A stretch of DNA of 64,000 nucleotides from Phoronis australis (Eukaryota; Animalia; Phoronida), in assembly GCA_002633005.1 (NCBI GenBank), contig NMRA01000401.1, positions 269,827 to 333,826 of the forward strand, given 5' to 3'. Below the pieces are notes generated by a model. That model saw only the letters and a list, made by a program, of their open reading frames with translations. It ran no database searches and was not told the DNA's origin. The position numbers were made by a program, and so were the translations under genes. This document shows, in pieces, positions 1 through 12,358 of this stretch; within the stretch, counting starts at the first letter, position 1; each line of letters opens with the position of its first letter.

Positions 1-570
1 CCAGGAAAGCATTGTTCGTCTGCAGTCATTTTGTCTATCGAATCATGACTGATTGTAAATACGAGCCCTGACGACCAATCCGCTTAGTATACAGCGGCTT
101 GCTGTGCCTTACAAGTCGCCTTTACAAACTAATTGTGGGAAATAAAGCAAAAATACACTACCGCTATCGGTAACGGTAATCCTCCGAAGCCACGGGGCAG
201 ATTACAAATCCTAAGAGAGTTTAATGCGTGTAATCGGCTCCACAAGAGAACAGCAAGTAAAACATTTGTTCAATTTAAAGTCTAAGTCTTCCGTAACACA
301 ATAAATTTAGCGGGTAATTTGCTCATTGACGTTGTCGTCTCGCGTTCAGTTTGTTCACTGTTTCTACTGGCACGTGCTTCAAGTAACAATAACATAGTTT
401 TGAGGATTTATAGTGTATATATCCTCAGGCGAAATACACGAGTCATGCCGTACAACGTCCTCATGAGTGCAAAAGAAACAGACACAGTGAATTAAGTGAC
501 AAACATGTTTCAGAATACCCACATCGAAAATGCTTATATCAACATACACCCGTAAGGAGGTAGAAAAATT

Positions 571-693
571 CATGGGCGGCACACCATAGTGGAATGGGAG
601 GGCTATAAACTCCCCACACTTCAGCGCTCCGCCACCCATGGGGACTGGGGGAGGGGCTATAGCCCCACTTATTTCAGTGCTGCGCCGCCCGTG
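571..693. mobile_element. MITE family A (CATGGGCGGC termini)
   Basis: TIR CATGGGCGGC / GCCGCCCGTG; flanks AAATT/ACATT; related copies at 5189-5329 and 39185-39271. Confidence 0.75.
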
Positions 694-2865
694 ACATTTC
701 ATTCAAAGAAACCGAATAGACCCTCGAAATTTTTTGATGATTCAAGTAATTGTTAACAACATCTTGGCGAGGCACGTGTCACAGCCATAATGTCATGGCC
801 CCTACCTAAGCAAATACGCAAATTATGGGTCTTGGCTGCGTAGTATTGAAACTGTTTCAATATAAATGCCTTTAGCGTTCATTAAAATGTTTATTTTCCG
901 TATGAAATAAAAATGAAACATTTCGTCCTCGTTCTACATATCGAATTCAATATAAATTCAATGCCCTCTTAATTTCTCAATTAACATGATTCAGGGATAT
1001 TTAATATCATGAAATGACATTCGCGCGCAACAAGTGGTTTCATCTTACGATCACTGGTTCTGAGAGCATGCATTTCGCCGCGGGGACAGTTAGCAAAAAT
1101 CCTCTGCTCTAAGTGATGGGTAGACGGCAGTGTCGTATTTATGACCTGTTGTCATTGTCAGTAGATACTGCCGTGGTCACAGGTCATTACATTGAGAACT
1201 TTGCCACAAGGAGTGCGTGATGACATTTGAAGACCACGAATACCACGAGGCAACATCTAGGACTGTGGGAAACAAGCATTCGTACTGATGAATATCAACC
1301 CCAAAGAAATTCAAGCATCAGTCTCACAAAAGGTTGAAACTTTCGAACAACTAAAACAACGAAATTAGGGGATAATAAACCCGCGCCTTATTTCTCAGTG
1401 CTGAAAACCTACATTTGATGTAGGCCCCTCTACTGTCATAAATTGGGTCTCACATTGTTTCTAACACAGATTAGAAATTAGTTTCAAGATCAAAATTTTA
1501 AAGACTGGTGCACTACCATGAAAATACCCTACTCAAGTCTCACCACTGTCAATAAGCTGGGGTATGATTTGTTGCCCCCAAGGAGTGCCAACAGGCTGGG
1601 ATTGCTTCAGACAATGCCTAAAATAAGTTTCTTGTAACGCTGCAGTACGTCCGTATGTGACCTGCTCATTGGTCCGACAGGGAATTCTAAACGATTGTCA
1701 CCGACACGGATTCAAACAATGGATAGGAATGCGTTGCTTTACTTTGGATCTAGATGACAAAAACGCCTGTGACGAAAGTTGACGTTTTCAACACCAGCGG
1801 CTCTCAATTCTTCACTGGTTGAATGGTTTGCCCACCAACTTTTGTGAAACTCGTAGGCTACCTGTGTGTCATAAAAATAACAACTTTATTTAGGTATTCG
1901 AGTGTTAAAAATCTATATCAACTGTTACTATACTTCGTATCGAGCATTTCCGAAAGTGAACATTTGTGGCTCCTTCGGAAACGCCCATTTCCCGGAAGTA
2001 ATGGACTCTTTCGGAAATTGGTGGTCAGGGCCGATCGCTCCGCCCCTAGTTTTATTGAATATTATCTAGGTGTAATTTTTTGCCAATTTTAAACTGGTTG
2101 ATAAAACAGCCAAAAGAGAAGCCATGCATCTTCAGTAGTTGACAAGCGAAAAATTTTTGAACGGTTCCTGAGGACGAAAACTGAGATATTGCTTCCATAT
2201 TGTCTAGTTTTCTCAACGTGGGTCCATTTTTTAGGACATGAAGGTCCTGACGTCACGTTTCTCAGCGAATGAAAAAAATCATATTCCACCATCAGTAGAG
2301 AATCGATAATGAAATCAAGTAATCTCTGCTCTCGACTGTCAATAGACATGGAAAAATAGAAATCGTCCCGTAGTTTTGTCTCCCGCTTAAATTTAAAGTG
2401 AGGCCTATCCCCTCTGGACCCACCCCCCCTGGATTCGCTTATGTTTCTATAAATATGTGACCCGAGCCATGCATGCAATTTGGCCGCAAGAGCCCCCGTG
2501 GAGTTCATGCTTCAAATCGGGGGGTGCTCTTTCAATCTGCCTATATTTCCCGTAAATCTTGCATGCAAAACACACCTAAAAGTGTACCAGTGTAACCATG
2601 ATCGCGGCACTTTCTGTTCTAAATGAAGTCAAGAGTATCGAATTCTTTATTTAAACAACCGTGTCAACACCGGTGTATGTAAACTGCTTCTGCTTTATGG
2701 CGGAGGTTGCACTCATAATGACGTGGTGTAAAGTCTCTGTGGTAGACTTTCGAAGGCGTAAGAACCGCCTCCCGTTCAGTAACGCTAGGACCTCGCTTCG
2801 CGAGATATCGCCATTTATTACAAGCCAGCGAAGCACGTGGTCGCACTGTTACTTTATTCTTGTGC

Positions 2866-3008
2866 CAGGGGTGGATCCAGGATTTTGAGTTGGGGGGGGG
2901 CATGGTAGAGTATTAGCCAGCATTTTGCCCGTCAGACATTCGCACCCCCCGAACTGTCTAATGGAATCTGGGAGAATTTTAGGGGGCCCCCCTCTAAATT
3001 TGCCACTG
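2866..3008 (+). mobile_element. MITE family B (CAGGGGCGGA/CAGTGGCGGA termini)
   Basis: Shared core GGATCCAGGATTTTGAGTT..AGCCAG..CAGACATTCGCACCC..ATGGAATCTGGGAGAATTT; perfect 5-bp duplication TGTGC. Confidence 0.85.
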
Positions 3009-3630
3009 TGTGCAGCCGCCTTTTTAAAGAAAATGTAGTCTGGGGCCGAATTGATGAACTTTCAGATTCACAACATGTGTAGAAGCAGAAGCATGTCAAA
3101 TTCATTGAACATGTTTGTATTGCATACCCCGTTACCTTAAAACTACGTCAGACCTGCGATACCCCAAAACAAAACTTAATATTTAGAGAGCGCAAATTGA
3201 CCACTAACTGTACAACACTACCGAAGCTCCCGAACACAATCACGAAACATTTGCTTTTCAGTAGCGTGCTTCTGCCGGAAAAGGAAAACAACCATGTTTG
3301 TTTCAGCAAAACAAAATGTTGATAATAAAACCCATTGGCACGAGGGGGGGTGGTGGCCCCTCCGTTAGACGGCCCATCGATAGAAGGGACAAGCCACCGA
3401 CTCGGCGTTTTGCCCACTTAGATATTCTCGCCTAGTCGAGTATTTTGTCCGAGGAAACTTCTCGACACATAGGCGGATTTAGGGGGGGGCCCAGGGGGCC
3501 CGGGCCCCCCCTTGGCTGCCGCAAAAAAATAAAACAGTAAGAGCGTAGGGAAATGGTGAGTTTATTAATTAACCCCGGTAATTAAAATTATACGGATGAA
3601 AAAGATTTAAATGTGTGCAGTTTTAGTGTT

Positions 3631-3886
3631 NNNNNNNNNNNNNNNNNNNNNNNNNNNNNNNNNNNNNNNNNNNNNNNNNNNNNNNNNNNNNNNNNNNNNN
3701 NNNNNNNNNNNNNNNNNNNNNNNNNNNNNNNNNNNNNNNNNNNNNNNNNNNNNNNNNNNNNNNNNNNNNNNNNNNNNNNNNNNNNNNNNNNNNNNNNNNN
3801 NNNNNNNNNNNNNNNNNNNNNNNNNNNNNNNNNNNNNNNNNNNNNNNNNNNNNNNNNNNNNNNNNNNNNNNNNNNNNNNNNNNNNN
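3631..3886. other. Assembly gap (256 N)
   Basis: Run of N. Confidence 1.
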
Positions 3887-4071
3887 GTCATTGCCAACAC
3901 GAAAAACGGATTTGGTCTTTTGGGCATTTTAAGACTATTTTAAATACGACAAATTTGTTAAGAATTGATGGCACAAAACGTGTAATAAGCATTACAAAAA
4001 GAAGTAGGTTTCGCGCGCAAACGCTGTGGACCATAAACAAGTAGGTCTCTTAATTTGAGTTTACTAGCTAA

Positions 4072-4143
4072 GTCGTGGTGGTGTAGTGGTAACGCACGCG
4101 CGCTCTGTGCGCAAGGTTGTGAGTTCGAGTCTTTGGTACTTGC
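4072..4143 (+). pseudogene. tRNA-derived (SINE-head-like) sequence
   Basis: A box TGGTGTAGTGG and B box GAGTTCGAGTC at tRNA spacing; the acceptor stem does not pair well. Confidence 0.55.
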
Positions 4144-5188
4144 AGCTTTTCCTGTTTGACACGTTCTCCGTGTTTTTTGCCTTTTTTTCTTGGTTAATAC
4201 TTCAGGAATCAAGGAAAATACTTGATTTTTAGAGGTCAAAACAGAAAAATTTCCTGGGCAAACCCCCCTCCCGACCTCCCCCCATTCGGTGCTATGTGCA
4301 TCTACAATCGTGGTTCAGTTTGCGCAAATGCTTCCAGCCGGACAAAATGTTGGGCCCCCCCCTTGTGATATCCTAGATCCGCCACTGCCGACAGGTCGTG
4401 TTTTGGCGGGTTTGTGCGGATATAATAAAGCAATGACAAGGGCGGGGACAGAGGTGTGGTGAAAATGCCGAACTAAGTACGCTTTGTCATCATTTGGCAT
4501 TGTCTTGTTGCTTTGTTCCGCATTTTAAATGCTTGGCGGCATCCACTACCCATCCTACCTATTGTGTGGAAGGTATCCGTTCCCCGAATTTTTATTTTGT
4601 GTGGTAGCGGAGACGTGAATGAATCCGTGAACGAGTCTTATTCTTCATGTCACGTAGAGTCTCGTGTACGCTTAGCGTTTGCCTTTGCATTGTGATTATA
4701 TTATCAAAGGGTAATTTTGAATTGTTACCGTCTTACGACTACAGTTTTGTAACGCACAATTACTAATGTATGCGTTATGTTAGAATAGCAACATAACGGA
4801 AGTTACTGTAGTTCAATTGATTTTTTGTCACTGAAGTTGCAGAGCTAATTGTCATTTTCCAAAGACAAGCTATATTGTTACATTTTTTCCAAATGACTGT
4901 ACACTAGAAACTATCGTTAGCCTACGAAATAGTTTTTCTTTACTTTGCTATTGGGAAACTTGGAAAAATCAAATTTCCACTCCACTGCATACTAAATACG
5001 TGAAGATATATCGCATGCTGTGAAATTAAAAATAATGTTATTGTTAAAACTGCCATACCATAAATTTTCAGTAACGTTTTGCTCTCGAAGGTTGTGATGT
5101 CGACTGCATCAAAAATTACATGTTCACGATAGCAAGGGCGACGCGACCCAACCGAGATGTATGCTTTGCGTGAAGGCTTTAGGCACTT

Positions 5189-5329
5189 CTTGGGCGATGC
5201 AGCACTGAAAAAAAGTGGGGGCTATGCCCCTCAGCAACCCTGTGGTGCACCGTCAATAGACCATGGGCGGCGTAGCATTGTAAAAAGTGGGGCTATAGCC
5301 CCCCAGCTCCCTATGGTGCGCCGCCCATG
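5189..5329. mobile_element. MITE family A
   Basis: Degenerate left TIR and GCCGCCCATG right TIR; perfect 5-bp flanking duplication CACTT. Confidence 0.8.
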
Positions 5330-5688
5330 CACTTGTCCGGTTTAGTAAACAAGATGAGTTTTTAATAACCAATTGTTTCGAAGCTTTAACGACTGGAGAC
5401 AGATTACAGCTGCATTTTTTCTCTGTTTAGCTATCTAAAAATGAACATCGAATTAACTGCCCGTTATTCTCACAAGGTCCGTCTCATAATATTCGTTACC
5501 GCGATAGGATTCTATTTCCGTAACGTTACAACAAAGGAACATCGAAACCCTCAGCTACACAACGCTAGGGTTTATTGGGCACGACCGATCCTTAAATTTG
5601 AGAATTCGCGTTGCTGTGACCTGAGTTACCCGGCGACCATTCATTCTGCAACAATTAAAGATCGGATGAGCGTGGCAGTGTTTTTAAA

Positions 5689-5931
5689 CATGCGCGCACC
5701 CAGGGGCTCGAACGAGCAGCCCACCCCATTTGGCGAAGTGGGCAAAAAGGTCCGCCTCAGAGAAACAAAAAGTCCGAAAAAACGAGACATAAGTCCACAG
5801 CAATTCGGCGCGAATACGCAATCCATAGGTTTGAACATAATATCCTGTTTTTTAGTGCCCGTTTTTTCTGTATCAGGTCCACATATTGAAAAATTCGAGC
5901 CCCCCTACATTTTAGGCTGAGTGCGTGCATG
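5689..5931 (+). mobile_element. MITE family C (CATGCGCGCACCC termini)
   Basis: TIRs CATGCGCGCAC / GTGCGTGCATG; perfect 5-bp duplication TTAAA. Confidence 0.85.
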
Positions 5932-8705
5932 TTAAACCAGTGATGAAGAGGTTGGGATTCTGTGAATCTGTGGCAATTGGTGATGATAGCTGCCTACGGA
6001 CTTGATTTCGGAATTCAATACCTAATAGATTGCCATATTATATAATGCTATGATATTCCAATTAAGTAACATTTTAGTTTGCACTTAAACTTGATATTAA
6101 GTTCTCTATAACGACAACAGCTAAGCAATATATTGTCGTTAAGTAGATCAAAGACGCGCCATCAATGACGAGGCGCACATAAAACGAGGTTCATACCCAA
6201 CGCTACGTGTTTTATGCAACACTGTCGAAGAGCAACACTTGTCGATAAAGAAACCTAATATCCGCTGTTGATTTTGATCCCAGGGCATTACATCATAATT
6301 GTCAAATAGAACCTATCGTTTTGCTATAGATTGTCCACTTTGTGAAGCGCCGCATTGGTGACACTGTCTCGTGGAAAACTTCTCAAAAGACGAAAACAGT
6401 AACGTCTGGGTATTATTTCTAATAACAGCTTATGCGGATTAACCACGATTGCGATATGGAAGTACCAATAACGCTTTATGAATGTGTATATTGTTGGTTT
6501 AGGATGAAACCTTCTGAAACTACTTTGTGTATTCTGTATACAAACGTGGCTCAGTGCGTGTCTTTTCATCGTCACGTCTTAAGGCATTAGTCGTTACAAT
6601 AAACTGGGGCCTACAAGAGCTACAATCGGTATTTTCACAAACTACTTACGTTGTAATGTTTGTTCCAGTTATAACAATATAGAGTTGTTCAAAACCGCTC
6701 TTGGGACCGATCGATGGTCTTTTCACCTTAAAATCCGGGGCCAATTAGTGGTTTGCACTTACTCGTCATCTAACTCGATAGCCTTGCATAATGAGGATAA
6801 CACGGCGATCAGTCGTTGAAAAACCTAAAGAAGGGCGAAAAACAATTCGTTATACAAAAGATGTATTTCATGACTATTTAAGCAAAATTCATTGGTAGCC
6901 TGATCGTGAATTAAGATTTTACCTCTGAATGCATGAGAAATAAACGGACAAATATTCAAAACATGTCTAGTTGAGAAATATGTTGATACGCGTAAGCATT
7001 TTGTGTGGCGTCACCCCACAGTTAAAATAACACACTAGGTTTTAAGACAAAAAAAATGTTTCAGCCATGTACCCCTAATACTAAGACAACTGACGCTGGA
7101 AAACCAACACGAAAAATATAAGCACACCCTCTTATAAGAACTTATATTATCAGACAGTAGTAATACGTAAAAGAGTTGAAGCTAACATTAGATTTTATAG
7201 TAAAACGAAACTTTGACAAATAATAATGGAAATTATAGTAAGCGAGTACAACCTAAATTAAAGTTGCTAGGTATTGTATTTGGAAGCGAACCGTGATCTT
7301 CGGCCCGGGGACAAAAAACTCACATGTCCTTGCATTGCTCTGACAATTATCGCGGATCAGATTTTCCAGGAACCCCGATTATTTCAGGCTTGCATTGGTT
7401 ATGCAACAAATTGAGTGCAACAATGAAGTACTCTGCGCATTAATTGAAACTATAGCGGAAGAGAATTTTTGGTAAATGGTGATATTTAGTTTTGTGACAT
7501 CGAAGTATAACTACAACACTTGCGGTTCCCAAGCTTGTCGGCGATACGACAACAAAATTGAAATTAAACCGATTTTTTGTACACACGTTGTGCTTTGAAA
7601 TGAATCATAACCTTTGACCTGGAAACAGGAAATACCTTAAGCCGCATAATTTACCTACCGTTCGGCGTTCTCATCAGTGCCAAACCTTAACGCCAACGGC
7701 ATTAGCGCCATTTTCGTATTACTAGCGAAACCACAAAAGAATAATGACTTGTTCACAAAACGCATTGTTTTACACTTCGATGCACAACGGGTTCTGGAAT
7801 TTAAGGGCAGGTGTAGACGCATTATTTTGTTTTAACGCACCGCATTCACTACCAGGCTCAGTATTAATTGCCAATATCTTGTTTGTTGTTTGTCGTTAAG
7901 CCAGCGTCATCAGTGATTCATTGCGTGTCATTATACGCCACACCCGTCGTTAATCCCAGGTGTAAACAATAACAACAATAAGGGTTTCATCGTTGCTCAG
8001 GTGTTAAAAGTGCAATTGCTCGCCGCTATTTACGGCGGAATGCATTCGTCACGAGTCGGGTCGTAGAATTTTAACGCAACACTTTGTTCACTGTAATTCC
8101 ACCACAATGCTTTATTTACTGTTGATGTTTGCAAAAGAACAACAGTGCAAAGCATTTTCCTGAGGATTAAGTAAAAGTAAATGAAGGTAAACCATTCATA
8201 ACCGCATTTTACCTGATGCGTATTGTCCTGGATGTGTTGGTCAAACCAATTATATCCTTAATAATATTTTCACAACTGTTGACACATAACAAGGAATTTC
8301 ATTTGTTGAGTGTTTTGTTTACACTTAAGAAGTGCCGTGAAGTAACTTATTTCCAGGTTCCTCAAGACTTGCGTGAGGCCACGTCAGTAATATTTCGTGA
8401 ACCACAGGATATGCAGAGATCAAACGAGTCAGAACAATACTGCGAATGCGGTGCACAATAATTACTGTCTTGAAACTTTTGATAGGTGTTGATAAATACT
8501 AAAATCACACCCCAGGATAATGCTGCCTCAAACTCTGCGTCACAAGTCACTCTGTGACGACATTGTTCGAGTTATCTCCCGCTGTCTACGCACGCGGTAG
8601 TAATTTGGTCCCCAGAGGGCCCACGCTCTTACGCCGCGAGGTCATCTCCCAATCCATCGAGGGGTCTGTAAAAGATGATAGGCTGTAGCAAAAGTGGGCA
8701 ATGAT

Positions 8706-8800
8706 CAGATCTAACGTGCCCGCATTTTGAGAACCTTTTTTCTCCACTTAATAACGGGCATCGAACTCAGGTTCTCAAAATACGATCACGTCATATTCTG
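8706..8800. repeat. Short palindromic element family P, copy 1 of 4
   Basis: TAACGTGCCCG.ATTTTGAGAACC...GGTTCTCAAAATACG; other copies at 12275-12358, 22258-22367 and 47309-47380. Confidence 0.8.
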
Positions 8801-11800
8801 CTATTGTCGCAAAAGCCGACCATGCCAATATTCTTCGGTCATTTTTCATGTATGTTGCCCTACGGTGTCAAAAGTACTACAATCAACCCTTGAAATGATA
8901 CGGACAATTCTACAGAACGTCATTATAGACTACCATACACTACCACGGCAGTGCGGAATACCAACAGGCGGTCCCACGCTTTTCTGCAATCTAAGGGGGC
9001 ACCGTGATGTCAATAGTTCTTTTAGCCACGACTGAATTTACCTCCCCAATTCCATTAAAAATGAACGACTGTTGGGTTGGGTGGTCATTTTGAGTTTAGT
9101 GCAACGTGAAGGTAAGTTACGAACTGCGCACCGACTGAGTCTCTTCTGTTTAAAGGCACTATTTCCGCTTCATTTTTGTTAAAAACTTCATGAAACGGAT
9201 CTTTACGCAAACACTTTTATTCGAAACCTAAGCCCAAATAATAGCCTTCGCCATGGCATCGAATTTTTTTATAATGAACTGAATTTAATACAGATTTTTT
9301 TAGCTTAATTTTTCATTTTTTGTGGTGCACCAAGAAATAAATGGATGCCGGACGAAGTGTCAATCGAAAATTCGAGTGTCGAATATGAACTTGGAGTTTC
9401 GGTGAATCTCAAGATCGTATACAGGCCTACGTGAACTCGGAATACCCACTCAAATAATCACGTTCAAGCTACTATAATTAGTTAACGGGTGAAATAAGTG
9501 CTTTTGGAACCAATAATTACAGAAATTCGCTACATAGAACAAAATATTCACCAGATTTCTTTAATGTGTACTTAATTAAGAGCTCACGCTTACGCGATCT
9601 TCAGATTAAGCAAAATTCAAGTTCACGCATACCAAACAAGTAATGGCAGGCGTTCGGTATAAGATAGGTNTGATGAATCCGACATTGACTAATTTTTGTC
9701 CAGTCGTGGTCTTTCTTAAACATTTACTGCCAAAAGCGGCGGACGTTGAGTGTTCGCAAGAAAGTCACGTCCCCAATCTCAGGCTTCACACACTTCAGAT
9801 ATATAAAAAGTCTGCCGTCAGGTATAAACCCACGTTTCTCACGATTTCTATAATGTGCAGGGTTTTGACAGTCTAGACGCACTGTCTCTCAGCCATAATA
9901 ATCGCATGCGAATGGTGGCTTTTGGGTGAACGCTTTTGGTGTATTTTACTTGCTTCAAGTGGCCGGTTACATTTACGTAGTCGTAAAAGATTCAATTCGG
10001 AATCAGATTTAATGAAATTAACTTGTAGCACATTTTTGAAGTCTTTGAATCAAATGCTTCAAAACCCCCTACCCTGCCCGCTCTTCATATTTTCAGTTTC
10101 GTATGTCCACCTGTGGAATTAGAGGTGAATCTGAACCACGAACCCGTTTTATTCAAGTCAAAACCAGCAAAGAAAACTGTTGAATGTCACCTGTACAATT
10201 TTGTGAACAGTCCAGGACGAAAGTGAAAGTTTCCGACGCATCTCCAGATTTTTTTTATTTAAGTCGCCTTCTGAATCTGCTTTATTGTTTCGATAAAAAC
10301 TGAAACCCTGTTGACTTAAATGTAAATGGATTGCATTTAGCAAAACTTAAGACACGCCTGTTTCCTCTAGTGCTGCGACACCTATCGGGCACTAATAGTC
10401 TCACATTCAGCCCGAGTCTGGTGAACATACCCGACAACTCTTTCTCCACTGGCTATTAAAGGATGGAGTCAACCGGTGTATTAATATCAGATGAGCATAA
10501 AAAGTGTGCGTTTTCAGCCTTCGATCGTTGTAACTTAATTAGTCATATTGAAGATGATAAACGCGGGCTGTGATTCACCATGCGCACTGCTTACAGCGTC
10601 CCTCGAGCACAGAACACTGCCAGGTTTACAGAACAGCAGTGCTTCTATTTCCGTGTCTCATATAAAGGTTAGCCAAAAGGGCGCGACGTGAATTTGAAAT
10701 CATTAAGAAGCAACAGCAAAGATATTTGGAAATAAGACAGTTCGAAAGATATAAGCATACACGTTCATATCAGATTGTAGCCAAGTATGGTAAAATGGCC
10801 CAGTGCTAAAGGAGGTTGGGTGTGAGACTAGCTGTCTGTGTCCAAACGTCAAGTTGCACATGGGAAATTGGCTCCAGGGAATCTTTGTTTTACCATTTGT
10901 GCAAATACTAGAACCAGTGTATCAGGCTTACTAGTATTAAACCCCCATAGGACTACATGGTCAAGGTAAAATAGGCAACTAAGTCAAGTTTACTGTGAAT
11001 AAACCCAGTAGCCACAAAATCAATCAGGTTAACGCTTAACTTGTAGTGCGAAAGCACCACAAGACCTTAGGAGCGATCATTAAAGATGGCGCTGTAGGCA
11101 GATTTCGACGCCACATTCAAAAGTCAGTGACCGAATGATCGATTGTAAATTAAAGAATAGCATGGTGAATAGATAAGTGAAGATTAGTTTGAGAAACCTT
11201 GATGTCGATGGACCACAGTACTCTTAAATACCACAATACCCGGGACTATAATAAGATTACCCCCAAGACAGTGTCTAACCTTTGTATCAGTGGTCGTAAA
11301 CGCGGACAGGATAAAATTAATAAGGTATGCAGCTGTTAGTCCATAGAGAATTAATTTGCCTACTTTTCTTGCGAAAAGACGAGAATTTATGAATTGTTAC
11401 CAGGTGTGCTAAGGCGAGTTAAATTATTAAATTTAATTATTCTTGCATTCAAGAGCGGTCTATAAGAACACTACATGCTTAATCTCGGTCAAGACGAGAT
11501 AACAATTGTTCGCACGTTATTTGTAGGCCTACCCGAGGGAAGATATACCTATTACGCTTACCGAAGCAATATCACAGCTTTGGCGAGAGAAGGCTTTTGG
11601 CGTTCAAACCCTACCGTATCTCTCTGAAGTATATATTAATACCAGTCTTCTTGTTATTTGATATACTGTGATATATTTATAGGAAATGTTTGTTACAAAC
11701 GGTGACCGTCTTTACATACGAAGAATCAACGCATGGATTTCAATAGGGTGAAACACGACGAAAAAAATTGCAAACAAACAAAATTTGTGATAACGGGTAA

Positions 11801-12274
11801 ACGACATTCCTTATCTAAAAACATAAAAAGGGATGAGTAATCGTCTTTTGCAAGTTTTCAAATCAAATAAATGATTTTCAAGAGTACGCAACAAACAATC
11901 AATAAAAAAATACGAATCTTTTCTACCGCACAACAATTTTAAATTTAATACCTACGCTGCGGGGACAACTTGGCTTCTTCGACTGGTTCGAATGAATAAA
12001 ATTCAACATTGTGTTCGTCGTGTACACGTGTACAACCGATATTTCTCAGATGTGACTAAAATAAAACATGACCATGTCATTATTATTTTGTTATACCTTT
12101 CTATAATATGACATTTCCATATGGTGACATATCCCATTCACGTGTTACCACAGGGCGCAGTTCATCCCACTGCGAATTTACAAACTTTCTATACCAATAT
12201 CTCAATTTAGGCATATAGATGATTGTTGCAAAATGAATTTGTTAAACCGGTTTAGTTGAATTTCAGGTTATGGG

Positions 12275-12358
12275 CTGATATAACGTGCCCGAATTTTGAG
12301 AACCAGTTTTCTCCAGTGAATAACGGGTATCAAACTTGTTGTCAAAATACGGTCACGT
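12275..12358. repeat. Palindromic element family P
   Basis: Aligns with 8706-8800 and 22258-22367. Confidence 0.8.

Larger units (their letters stand above)
3468..4387. mobile_element. Non-autonomous TIR element (CATAGGCGGAT / ATCCGCCACTG), spans the assembly gap
   Basis: Imperfect TIRs with GGGCCCCC subterminal tracts; flanks TCGACA/CCGACA. Confidence 0.6.

Noticed and set aside
3607-4044. Poly-X ORFs
   Set aside because: Artefacts of the N gap.
4072-4143. Functional tRNA gene
   Set aside because: Acceptor and T stems pair poorly and it lies inside a repeat; treated as tRNA-derived.
5441-5920. 159-aa ORF, and similar ORFs at 24208-24786 and 28152-28544
   Set aside because: They run through MITE family C sequence and show no protein-like features.
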